DNA of 64,000 nucleotides from an uncultured Clostridia bacterium. Its GTDB lineage: Bacteria; Bacillota; Clostridia; TANB77; CAG-508. The translations under genes were made by a program, and so were the position numbers. Positions 20,021 to 29,365 of the stretch are shown here, one piece after another; the stretch's first letter is position 1, and each line of letters opens with the position of its first letter. The stretch spans positions 44,895 through 108,894 of the forward strand of contig CAPPGO010000004.1 of NCBI GenBank assembly GCA_948678575.1, given 5' to 3'. Below the pieces are notes generated by a model, which saw only the letters and a list, made by a program, of their open reading frames with translations, searched no databases and was not told where the DNA came from.

Positions 20021-23000
20021 TTAATATTTTTTACGCATTTTGCTTAATGTATCATTCATACTATTAGAAAAAGCATTTGGATTATAATCTGTTCCAGTTT
20101 TGCTACTATATGATTGCTTGCTTGTAAGTGGATATACCATATCTCCAAGTAATTTTAATTTTGATAAAAATTGTTTTGAATATCCATTTAAAGAAACTTC
20201 ACAATCAACAATTCCACCAAGATATCTTGCATAAGCATTTGCATCAAAAGGAATTGAAATTGCTTTTACAGTATCTTTATTAAATAATTCTGTCATAAAT
20301 GACATTGCTGGATCGTTATAGTAAGCTAAACCACCTATAATATCTTTATCTCCAACTTTTTTATGAATTTTCATTTCTTTATTTATAACAACTCTTATCT
20401 TTTCTGGTTCTAATACACCTCTTGTTTTTAGTTCTCTTAAAAATGCTGTAAGTGGTTGTATTGTAAGTATATCCATTGATTGAACTAAATACATTTCTTG
20501 GCAACTTGCAAAATATGATATATCTGTATCATAATCGCAGTCAATTAATATTAAAGAGTGATTTTGTACTAATGTTGATAAAATTGGCTCAGCATTAGAA
20601 AAATCTTTTCCAGAAAATGGAACATCTGTATATACTGTTAAATTTTTATCTACTTTAACACCTTCTGCATATCCATTTTGCAATTTTTCTATTGAATTAT
20701 ATGCTATTGTTCTTAATTCTTCTTCATTTTTTGTAAAAATGAAATATGAATTTTTATTTTTTGTCATATCTAATATTGCAGTATTTATTCCAAGTGATGA
20801 GAATAATGCTGCTAAATTATTTACTAAGAAAGAATTTCCGTTTTTGCTAGTTCCTATAAAAGTAACTATTTTCTTATCCTTAGTAATTAAACTATTTAAG
20901 CTAGACATTGAATAATCTACTTTTGGTTTAATACTTTCTAATGAACTATTATCCATTGAACTTGCCATTGGTCTTTGAGGAATCATTGTATCTTCTTCAT
21001 CTTCAAATCCCATGCCAGGAAGTAGAGTTTCTTCTTCATATTCTTGTGAATCTCCTAAACCTGGTAATAATCCATCATCTTCATCTACTTCTTCGTACTC
21101 AGCTACATCATCTGTACCTGGAAGTAAATCATCTAATGAATCTTCACTTTCTAAGTCATCTAATCCTGGTAAAGCAACTTCATCTGTATAATCTTCTTCT
21201 CCAAGTTCATCATAACCAGATGTTAATGTATCATTAATAGTTTCATCAGTTTCTACTTCTTCATACTCAGTCATATCATCCACACCAGGAAGTAAATCAT
21301 CTGAATATGTGTCGTCTACAACATTTTCTGTTACAGTTTCATCTTCAAAACCTGGTAATACATCTGTTGTATCATCCACTTCTTCATATCCAGCATCTTC
21401 AATATCATCTAAATCATCTAAACCTGGTAATGATACTTCTTCTGTTTCTTCTGTTTCTTCTACATCTTCAAATCCAGAAAGCAAATCATCTGAATATGTG
21501 TCATCTACAACATCTTCTGTTACAGTTTCATCTTCAAAACCTGGTAATACATCTGTTGTATCATCTACTTCTTCATATCCAGCATCTTCAACATCATCTA
21601 AATCATCTAATCCTGGTAATGATACTTCCTCTGTTTCTTCATCTTCAAATCCAGGAAGTAAATCATCTGAATATGTGTCATCTTCAATATCTTCTGTTAC
21701 AGCTTCATCTTCAAAGCCTGGTAATACATCTGCTGTATCATCTATTTCTTCAAATTCAGGCAATACATTCGCCATATCTTGATTTGTATCTTCAAAATCA
21801 CCTAAATCATCTAATCCAGGTAAAGTAATCTCTTCTTCCTCTGGAATTTCTTCTTCTACGATTTTTTTAGGTCTTCCTCTTTTCCCTTTTGGCTTTACTT
21901 CTACACCACCAACTGGCGTTTTTCTTGGTCTTCCTCTTCCACGTTTTGGTTCTTCTATTATATTATTCTCTTCTTCAAAGCCTGGTAATACTGTTTCTTC
22001 TATAACTGGTTGAACAGTTTGTGGTTTTACAATTGTATCTTGTATATCTTCAAATCCAGGTAATATATTCTCATCTATAATTTCTTGTTGAGGTATTTGT
22101 GGTTTAGATACTACTTGCTCTTTTGGTTCTGGTCTCATTGTTGTTGCTTTTTGAAGCTGTGGTCTAGCAACAGGGGTTGCATTAGTTCTAATTTGTGCTG
22201 TTTGTACACGTTGTGCTTGTTGAACTGGTCTTGCTTGCACAGATTGCTCATTTTTTTCAATTTGTGCTTTTACAACAGGTCTTTGAACATCTGCCTTTGG
22301 AGATGGTTCAGCTTTTTTCATAGCTGGAGTTGCTATATTTTTAGCGTTTCTTACTGCTGATGGAATAACAATAGGTTTAGTAATGTTGCCTGCATGTCCA
22401 ATAGTTCTTTGACTTATTTCATTTTTTGCAATACCCTCTATTCCAGCAGAATTTGCAATTCCTTTAACACTAGGAATTTTTCCTGTGACAGCCATTAATT
22501 CTTGATATCTTTGACATTCTGATTCAAGAATTGCTTTTACATTAATTGGTAAACAATTTACAATAATTCTTAATTGTTCATCTGTATATTGTGCAGCTAT
22601 ATTGTTAAAACTTTCTGAATATTTTACTGTATTTCTTCCTAATTTTTTAAAATGTGCTAATATATTTTGAATTTCAACTTCACTAACTTCATTTTCATTT
22701 TCTGCTTTATAATTAACATCTTCTGAATCTATTCTATAATAAATTTTTGCTTCTTTTTTACTACGAGGTCTGTTAATTAATTTGCAAACTTCATCCATAC
22801 TTCTATCATTCCCTAGAAGTGCATTATAAACCCCTATACCAAATAATTTTACAAGAATAGAATTTCCTTTTACTCTTCTATCTGTACAAATTAAAATTAT
22901 AGAGGCTTCTTTACCTTGATTATCATCATGTGCTTCGTCGCTAATACTATCAAGTTTCTCAAAGATAAATTTATCTATTGTGTCATAATTATTGTTTGAA

Positions 23001-23182
23001 AACGGCTCTAAATCTTCGCTTATGACAATTCTATCATAAGTTTTATCTTTTTGTATCTCTTTTAATATTGCGTTGAAGTAATAAACATTCTTATAAGATA
23101 AAATTTCCTTATATTCTTTCTGATATCTTTTAATTATAGCCTCAGAAATACTTTCACTACTTACTGCAAATAAAACTTTCAT
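20021..23182 (-). CDS. large modular protein (1053 aa): receiver-like N-domain, AT-hook motifs, long acidic LPGFED tandem-repeat region, C-terminal ParA/MinD-like (degenerate Walker A) domain
   Basis: N-term MKVLFAVSSESISEAII; AT-hooks PKRGRGRPRKTP and KGKRGRPKK; about 3 repeats of a ~60-aa unit containing VLPGFEDE/SLPGLDDLDD; C-term KIVTFIGTSKNGNSFLVNNLAALFSSLG. Confidence 0.65.
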   Translation of the reverse strand: MKVLFAVSSESISEAIIKRYQKEYKEILSYKNVYYFNAILKEIQKDKTYDRIVISEDLEPFSNNNYDTIDKFIFEKLDSISDEAHDDNQGKEASIILICTDRRVKGNSILVKLFGIGVYNALLGNDRSMDEVCKLINRPRSKKEAKIYYRIDSEDVNYKAENENEVSEVEIQNILAHFKKLGRNTVKYSESFNNIAAQYTDEQLRIIVNCLPINVKAILESECQRYQELMAVTGKIPSVKGIANSAGIEGIAKNEISQRTIGHAGNITKPIVIPSAVRNAKNIATPAMKKAEPSPKADVQRPVVKAQIEKNEQSVQARPVQQAQRVQTAQIRTNATPVARPQLQKATTMRPEPKEQVVSKPQIPQQEIIDENILPGFEDIQDTIVKPQTVQPVIEETVLPGFEEENNIIEEPKRGRGRPRKTPVGGVEVKPKGKRGRPKKIVEEEIPEEEEITLPGLDDLGDFEDTNQDMANVLPEFEEIDDTADVLPGFEDEAVTEDIEDDTYSDDLLPGFEDEETEEVSLPGLDDLDDVEDAGYEEVDDTTDVLPGFEDETVTEDVVDDTYSDDLLSGFEDVEETEETEEVSLPGLDDLDDIEDAGYEEVDDTTDVLPGFEDETVTENVVDDTYSDDLLPGVDDMTEYEEVETDETINDTLTSGYDELGEEDYTDEVALPGLDDLESEDSLDDLLPGTDDVAEYEEVDEDDGLLPGLGDSQEYEEETLLPGMGFEDEEDTMIPQRPMASSMDNSSLESIKPKVDYSMSSLNSLITKDKKIVTFIGTSKNGNSFLVNNLAALFSSLGINTAILDMTKNKNSYFIFTKNEEELRTIAYNSIEKLQNGYAEGVKVDKNLTVYTDVPFSGKDFSNAEPILSTLVQNHSLILIDCDYDTDISYFASCQEMYLVQSMDILTIQPLTAFLRELKTRGVLEPEKIRVVINKEMKIHKKVGDKDIIGGLAYYNDPAMSFMTELFNKDTVKAISIPFDANAYARYLGGIVDCEVSLNGYSKQFLSKLKLLGDMVYPLTSKQSYSSKTGTDYNPNAFSNSMNDTLSKMRKKY
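21280..21800. repeat. intragenic tandem DNA repeat, about 3 copies of ~180-189 bp
   Basis: AATCATCTGAATATGTGTC recurs at 21295, 21484 and 21661; encodes the acidic LPGFED repeats. Confidence 0.7.
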
Positions 23183-23190
23183 TTGTTATT

Positions 23191-23595
23191 TTACCCCCTC
23201 CAGAAATTTACAACTATTGCAAATATTAATGGTAATACTTGACAAATCAATAGTATAGTTACAAAAGTAACAATTAATGCAAATCCTTTATCTCTTGTGT
23301 CTAATTTTCTTATACCAATAACATATTGATATATTGAACCTATTGCGATACCTATAAAACAACAAGGTATACTATAAATTCTTAATGCATTTAACACATA
23401 TGCAGCAACTCCATAAGGTGTTGAACCATATTTTTCAATATAATCCTGTACCTTAGATTTTGAATTTTCTTTCATATTTACGATTTCTGCTGCTTGATCT
23501 GAATTTAAAACTTCCTCTCCTGTTGCCGCATAAACTGTACTCATTCCTATAATCATTAGTAAGATTATTGTTAAAACTACTACCTTTTTTAGCAT
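23191..23595 (-). CDS. small membrane protein with signal peptide
   Basis: 134 aa; N-terminal signal/TM, two further TM segments. Confidence 0.45.
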   Translation of the reverse strand: MLKKVVVLTIILLMIIGMSTVYAATGEEVLNSDQAAEIVNMKENSKSKVQDYIEKYGSTPYGVAAYVLNALRIYSIPCCFIGIAIGSIYQYVIGIRKLDTRDKGFALIVTFVTILLICQVLPLIFAIVVNFWRG

Positions 23596-23726
23596 ATTTA
23601 TAAAAAACCTCCTTTGGGTTATATATTCTATATAAATCTACATATATTATATAATACAATATTATTAAAAAAATATCAACCTAAATTGTCAAATTTGTGA
23701 AGTTTTTTTCCTTATTTCCGTAACCT

Positions 23727-24935
23727 TTATAGGCTATTATATAAATGTTGCATCCATTTATATACAGAGCTAGCCCAGTTCTTATCACTAGCATATTTTA
23801 TATTAATACTTGACAATGTATTTCCATTGTAAAATTTACCATTTGCAACATTTCCAGAATATATTGCTGTTCCATTTGGATTTAAGTAATATTTCTTAAA
23901 AACACGAGCTAATAAATCTATTCCTTCTGCATAAGTATTAAAACTATATGCACCTCCTGATGGATTACTATCCACAGCACCATAGCCAAATAAATTTTTC
24001 TTATTTAAAGAAATTGCTGATGTTCCAAAACCACTCTCATGTATTCCAACACTAGCTAGAAAAACTCCGTTTATATTATATTGTTTTTCTGCATAATAAA
24101 AATATTCTGCATTACTTTCGAAAACACCATTTTTGTCTAATGGTTGTCCCCCTAATACTTTTTTAAACTGTTCTAATGTTAATCCACTTGGAATGTTTAA
24201 ATCCATATTAAAATCTAAACCATTTACAAGTGTAGCTTTTGATTTTTCTTCACTATTAGACGCAACTATTGGTTTATTTGGATTTATATTAGTAATACAA
24301 TCACTTGCTATATAACCATTGTGTTCTTTTGAAATTATGTATAACCAATCATTATCTATTTTTTCAATTTTTACTTCCGTTCCTTTTTTTAAAGTAGCTA
24401 GTTTTTCGCTATTAGAATTTGGTTCAAGCCTTACGGCTAAAAGATTTGAAGTAACATATACTTTATCTCCAACCTTAGCTTTATAATTATTTACACCTGC
24501 ACCAGTACCAACTTCTACCACTTTATTTATAGATGCTTTAATCAAGTTTTCTGCCACTAATTCTTCTGAAATTAATTCACCATTTTCATATTTTTTTATT
24601 ATAATAGCATTTTGTTTTCCATCTCTACCTTCTTGCAAAACTTGTATTGTTCCTTTTGGAATAGATGGATTATTTCTATATTCCGTAGTATATTCTAAAT
24701 CTATCTCATCAAGAACCATTTCTTCTTCAATTTTTCTATTAGTATTTTCTTTTAAAATTTCTTCTATATTTATTGGATTTTTATTGGAAACCAATTCATA
24801 ATTTTCAACGCTTGCATAAGCTTCATGTGCTTCTGAAAGTAAAATTTTCCTTGAAAATAAAGCAGTAATTCCAATAATCAAAATACTGCAACCTATAAGG
24901 ATTGTTGAATTAGAAAAATTTATCTTTCTTTCCAC
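23727..24935 (-). CDS. cell-wall hydrolase: G5 domain + SH3-like + mannosyl-glycoprotein endo-beta-N-acetylglucosaminidase domain
   Basis: 402 aa; N-terminal TM; PKGTIQVLQEGRDGK (G5); C-terminal VFLASVGIHESGFGTS ... NLFGYGA glucosaminidase motifs. Confidence 0.65.
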   Translation of the reverse strand: MERKINFSNSTILIGCSILIIGITALFSRKILLSEAHEAYASVENYELVSNKNPINIEEILKENTNRKIEEEMVLDEIDLEYTTEYRNNPSIPKGTIQVLQEGRDGKQNAIIIKKYENGELISEELVAENLIKASINKVVEVGTGAGVNNYKAKVGDKVYVTSNLLAVRLEPNSNSEKLATLKKGTEVKIEKIDNDWLYIISKEHNGYIASDCITNINPNKPIVASNSEEKSKATLVNGLDFNMDLNIPSGLTLEQFKKVLGGQPLDKNGVFESNAEYFYYAEKQYNINGVFLASVGIHESGFGTSAISLNKKNLFGYGAVDSNPSGGAYSFNTYAEGIDLLARVFKKYYLNPNGTAIYSGNVANGKFYNGNTLSSINIKYASDKNWASSVYKWMQHLYNSL

Positions 24936-25048
24936 CTTTAAGCCTCCAAATTAATTGTAATATTAAAGAAATGTTTTGTCAATTTCATTTTTTGGTAATA
25001 CTATTGATAATTTTTACGAGTTATAATATAGTATATTCGAGGTGTAAA

Positions 25049-25849
25049 ATGAAGAAAAAAATTGTATTAGTAATAATAATTATTATCTTATTAATCTTAG
25101 ATATTTTCTTGTTTTTTAATTTCATATATAGACATTATAAAAACAAACATTTCTTAGAAAAATATGATATTAGTTTAGCTAACAATATAAATAACAATGA
25201 ATTTAAAATAAATAAAATACTATTGTATTCCAGCGCTTCTGGAATTAATAAAAACAACAATTTTCAAAAAAGCAACTGGCTTTTAGATATTTATGAATAC
25301 ACAGACATTGCTATTTTCTTTGAAAAACCAAAAACATTATCAACAAGTAATACAATTAAAGAATTAAATATATCAAATATAAAATATAATGTAGCATCTG
25401 ATAAATATGAACCAGCACTTTATTATTTAGATGGAAATAATTTTGGTGTAAATACTATTACTGAAAATTTTAAAATAGATAATATATTAGAATATACAGT
25501 TTTAAATTTTGACAATAAAGATAATTCTATTATGTATAATACTCCTGTCTTTTTCTCTGATTTATCAAATCCTATTACATTAAAATTTTCAAATACTTTA
25601 CTAAAAAATTATTCTATTGAAAACACAGAAAAATTAGTTTTTGATGGAAGTTTATTAACAAAAACGCCACTAGTTCTGGAAAACTTAGAAGCTTCAATAT
25701 CATTTGATGTTGAAATTACTAATTTTTTAAATGAAAAATATGTATCTAATATAAATATAAAAATTCCAATTGAAAATTCAAATGAAACCATATTCAATGG
25801 AAAAATATTAGAAACTAAAAAAGTAAATTTGAAATTTTTAAAACAATAA
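25049..25849 (+). CDS. hypothetical membrane-anchored protein
   Basis: GAGGTG RBS before ATG 25049 (MKKKIVLVII...), single N-terminal TM, N/K-rich. Confidence 0.5.
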   Translation: MKKKIVLVIIIIILLILDIFLFFNFIYRHYKNKHFLEKYDISLANNINNNEFKINKILLYSSASGINKNNNFQKSNWLLDIYEYTDIAIFFEKPKTLSTSNTIKELNISNIKYNVASDKYEPALYYLDGNNFGVNTITENFKIDNILEYTVLNFDNKDNSIMYNTPVFFSDLSNPITLKFSNTLLKNYSIENTEKLVFDGSLLTKTPLVLENLEASISFDVEITNFLNEKYVSNINIKIPIENSNETIFNGKILETKKVNLKFLKQ

Positions 25850-25891
25850 AGACGAAACCATACAGTTTCGTCTTTTATTAGTATCAAATTT

Positions 25892-26506
25892 TTATTTTTG
25901 CTTTACAAATATCCCTTTTAATTTTGAGAATATACTAGATAAAAATCCAACTTTTTGAGCAATTGCAACTTCTTTTTTCTCTAATTCATCAATTTGATTT
26001 TTTTCATTATTTAAATAACTAGCTAATTTATCTTCTTGCACATCTGTAAAATCATGTACATCTGGGTTTTCATCAGCAGTTACATCATATTTAGTAATAT
26101 TTTTTGGTTTTGAATAATCTTCTTGTAAATCTTTTTCATCATTTACAACTTTTGCAGAATTCATATCAAACATATTATCTATGTTATATTTTTCTCTCAT
26201 TTGGTCATCTAATTTTTGTTGATTTTCAACCATTTTTTTATAAAGTTCTTTTCTTCTCTCTTCATCTTCACACCAATATTTCAAATGTAGTAAAGCTATT
26301 AATTCAAGAGTATATTTCTTCAAATTTTGATTTTGTAATGGTACACGAGGATCAACATATACTTCATGTTCTGGATCCTTAATTGTTGCAAAAAATTGCA
26401 ATAATTTTGTTGGCACTTTTTCTACATATTTTTCATTCATATGATGTATTATATAATCTACCTCGGCGTATGCAATAATATCATCCCTAGTAATTACAAC
26501 ACCCAT
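25892..26506 (-). CDS. hypothetical protein
   Basis: 204 aa ORF, no recognisable motif. Confidence 0.45.
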   Translation of the reverse strand: MGVVITRDDIIAYAEVDYIIHHMNEKYVEKVPTKLLQFFATIKDPEHEVYVDPRVPLQNQNLKKYTLELIALLHLKYWCEDEERRKELYKKMVENQQKLDDQMREKYNIDNMFDMNSAKVVNDEKDLQEDYSKPKNITKYDVTADENPDVHDFTDVQEDKLASYLNNEKNQIDELEKKEVAIAQKVGFLSSIFSKLKGIFVKQK

Positions 26507-26538
26507 TCGTAATCCTCCAATTTCTTTTGTATTTTATC

Positions 26539-26972
26539 TTATTTCTCAAAATCTTTGTCCATCTCTTGACCGACCTCTGTTTTGCCGTTTTCTACTATAT
26601 CACTAACAATCTGCTCTGCCGTTCTAGAATCCTTTTCGATAGCCTTTTGTTGAGACACTGCTTTTTGACCAGCTTCTGCAACAGCATTATAATTTGTTGC
26701 CTCAGCATTTTCCAATGAAGCATTATATAAGTCTTCATTAGTAGCAACTGTTGTTTCTGCTGTATATTTAGCATATACTACAACTTGGCTTGTAACTACT
26801 GCTAATTTTTCTTGTCCTACCCATCCAGCAAATGTATATTTTACTCCTGCTACCGGCTCTTTTGTAGGTGTTTTTCCTGGGAAAGTAGCACTTTCTCCAT
26901 ACTCAACTTTTATATTAGCCAATACAGTTTTTTTATCATCATCTAAAAAAATTACATCGAATTCTTCCATAT
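26539..26972 (-). CDS. hypothetical protein
   Basis: AAAGGTGAG RBS then MEEFDVIFLDDDKK; 144 aa. Confidence 0.45.
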
Positions 26973-27131
26973 TCTCACCTTTTCTTTCGTACTTATAAAT
27001 ACACAATATTATTATATTCTTAACAAATTTTAATTGCAAGTTTTTTTAAAATTATTTTCTACATATTATTTTAGAAAAAAATAAAAGAAATAGTTTTACT
27101 ATTTCTTTTATTTAATATGAATTTATAATTC

Positions 27132-27410
27132 TTATTTTTTGTTAACTAAATCTTTTAATGCTTTACCAGCTTTGAAAACTGGAGCTTTTGATGCAGGTAT
27201 TTTAATTTCTTCCTTAGTTTGTGGGTTTCTTCCTTTTCTAGCAGCTCTTTTTCTTACTTCGAAAGATCCAAATCCAACTAATTGAACTTTTTCACCTTTT
27301 TGTAATGCATCTGTAACAACACTAACAAATGCGTTAACTGTTTCTTCTGCACTTTTTTTTGTTTCTCCTGTTTTTGCAGCGATTGCTGCGATTAATTCAG
27401 CTTTGTTCAT
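27132..27410 (-). CDS. hup: DNA-binding protein HU
   Basis: 92 aa; [11 protein letters not shown] ... [28 protein letters not shown]. Confidence 0.9.
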   Translation of the reverse strand: MNKAELIAAIAAKTGETKKSAEETVNAFVSVVTDALQKGEKVQLVGFGSFEVRKRAARKGRNPQTKEEIKIPASKAPVFKAGKALKDLVNKK

Positions 27411-27593
27411 TTTATTACCTCCTAAAAGTTTTAAGTATGTAGTATTTTTACATCTACAATAAGATTATTCGCCAAAGCATGCGAAAATCCTTCTTTTTTT
27501 TGAAAAAATTTAAAAAAACCCTTAAAATTCAATACTTTTATATTTTTCATATTTAAAAAGTGCCTATTTTTAAGCACTTTCACGTTTCATATT

Positions 27594-29216
27594 TTACGCA
27601 TAAATTTTAAATTTATGCAAAATTTCATATATTTTTTCACCTTTTGGAAGTGATAATATGTCTTCTTTTGACAAAATTTTTAAAATTATAACCATAAATG
27701 TATATACAATTACAGCTATGACTATTCCGATTATTGTCGAAATTCTACTATATATTCCTATATTTAAACATACTATATAAGAAATATAAGACACAACAGC
27801 CATAATTAATGTTGCAAAAGCAGGTTTTATCATCATTTTAAATATACTAAATTCAAGTTTTACTGTATTTTTCAATACATTATACACAATAGTAAATGAA
27901 ACAACATGGCACAATACAGAACCTATTGCAGCTCCATTTTCATAAATTCCTTCAATCGGTATAAGTAAAATATTAGTAAGTAATTTAACTATTACTCCAC
28001 AACCTAATGCTATTGCTGGTACTTTAACTTTACCTAATCCTTGTAATGCACCATTTATTGTTTGAGCAAGAACTGTAAATATTATAGTAAATGATGAAAT
28101 TGCAAGCAATGTTCCTCCTGCACTAGCTTTTGGGAATAACAATTCCAATATTTGATTTGCATACATAAACATTCCTATTGTACATGGAAGTCCAATTAAA
28201 ATGGTTACTAAAATAGAAAAGGATAGTCTATTATTTATAGTTTTTACATCACCTTTTACTCTTGCAGAAGATATTGCTGGTACTAATGCTGTTGCAAAAG
28301 CAATATTAAATGCAAGTGGCATTGAAGTTAATATATCAATTTTTGAACTTAAAATTCCATATCTAGCCTTAGCTACTTTTTCTCCTAATAATGGTTTTAA
28401 TATTCTAACTACTGTTGCAGAATCAATGTTTTTATTTATAGAAGATAAAAGTGAACTAATAGACATTGGAATAGAAACTGCTAAAATCTTTTTTACTACT
28501 GACTTTATGCTTTCTTTTTCTCCAACATAAGTAGAATTTGCAAGTTCTGTTCTGTTTTGTTTTCTATTTCTTTGACAAAGTGCAAATATATATGTAAAAC
28601 TTAAAAATGTTGCAAAAGTTGTAGCTAAATTTGCTCCTGCTGCCATTAAAGTTGTATTTGTAGTTGTAAGCATTGCAACTATCTCAACGAACACAATGGT
28701 AAGAGTAGTTTTAAATATTTGTTCAAAAGTTTGTGATTTTGCTGTATCTGAAATCTTTTGAATTCCATTAAAATATCCTCTTATTACCGAAGATATAGAA
28801 ACAAAGAAAATTGCTGGTGATAATGCAACTAGTGTATATTCACATTCTGGAATTGCAAGCCAATATGTTGCAATTGTTCTAGCTCCTAAGAACAAAATTA
28901 AAGTTCCTGTAAAACCTATTACTGCAAATGTTGCAAATGAAATTTTAAAAACTCTATCTGCACCTTTCTTATCACCTTTTGCTAATCTTTCGGCAATTAC
29001 TTTTGAAATTGCATTTGGCACTCCTATTGATGATAAAGTAAGTAACAAAGCATATATTTGATATCCACCCATATATATAGCATTTCCGCTATCTCCAAAA
29101 CCTTCTCGATTTGTTAGATACATACTATATACTAAACCTAATATCTTTATAATTATTTGCGAAAACATTAATGCAAGTACACCTTGAACAAAACTTTCCT
29201 TCTTAGTTTTTTTCAC
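27594..29216 (-). CDS. MurJ/SpoVB-family polysaccharide/lipid II flippase (stage V sporulation protein B-like)
   Basis: 540 aa, ~14 TM segments, MOP-superfamily pattern. Confidence 0.65.
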   Translation of the reverse strand: MKKTKKESFVQGVLALMFSQIIIKILGLVYSMYLTNREGFGDSGNAIYMGGYQIYALLLTLSSIGVPNAISKVIAERLAKGDKKGADRVFKISFATFAVIGFTGTLILFLGARTIATYWLAIPECEYTLVALSPAIFFVSISSVIRGYFNGIQKISDTAKSQTFEQIFKTTLTIVFVEIVAMLTTTNTTLMAAGANLATTFATFLSFTYIFALCQRNRKQNRTELANSTYVGEKESIKSVVKKILAVSIPMSISSLLSSINKNIDSATVVRILKPLLGEKVAKARYGILSSKIDILTSMPLAFNIAFATALVPAISSARVKGDVKTINNRLSFSILVTILIGLPCTIGMFMYANQILELLFPKASAGGTLLAISSFTIIFTVLAQTINGALQGLGKVKVPAIALGCGVIVKLLTNILLIPIEGIYENGAAIGSVLCHVVSFTIVYNVLKNTVKLEFSIFKMMIKPAFATLIMAVVSYISYIVCLNIGIYSRISTIIGIVIAVIVYTFMVIILKILSKEDILSLPKGEKIYEILHKFKIYA

Positions 29217-29365
29217 AACTATTATCCTTTCTTATTAAAGTTTTTTAGTATTCTTATTATATTTGTTTTTTTTATTTCTTTCAAGCCTTTTTAATAATAT
29301 TCCATTTCACAAAATTTATGATAAATCCAATTTATGAATATATTAAAAAGCAGAATCATATTTAT

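Noticed and set aside
21307-21828. Plus-strand ORFs 21307-21828 and 21309-21782 (H/L-rich and S/T-rich) from the ORF track
   Set aside because: They are antisense translation artefacts of the acidic tandem-repeat region of the minus-strand gene 20021-23182.
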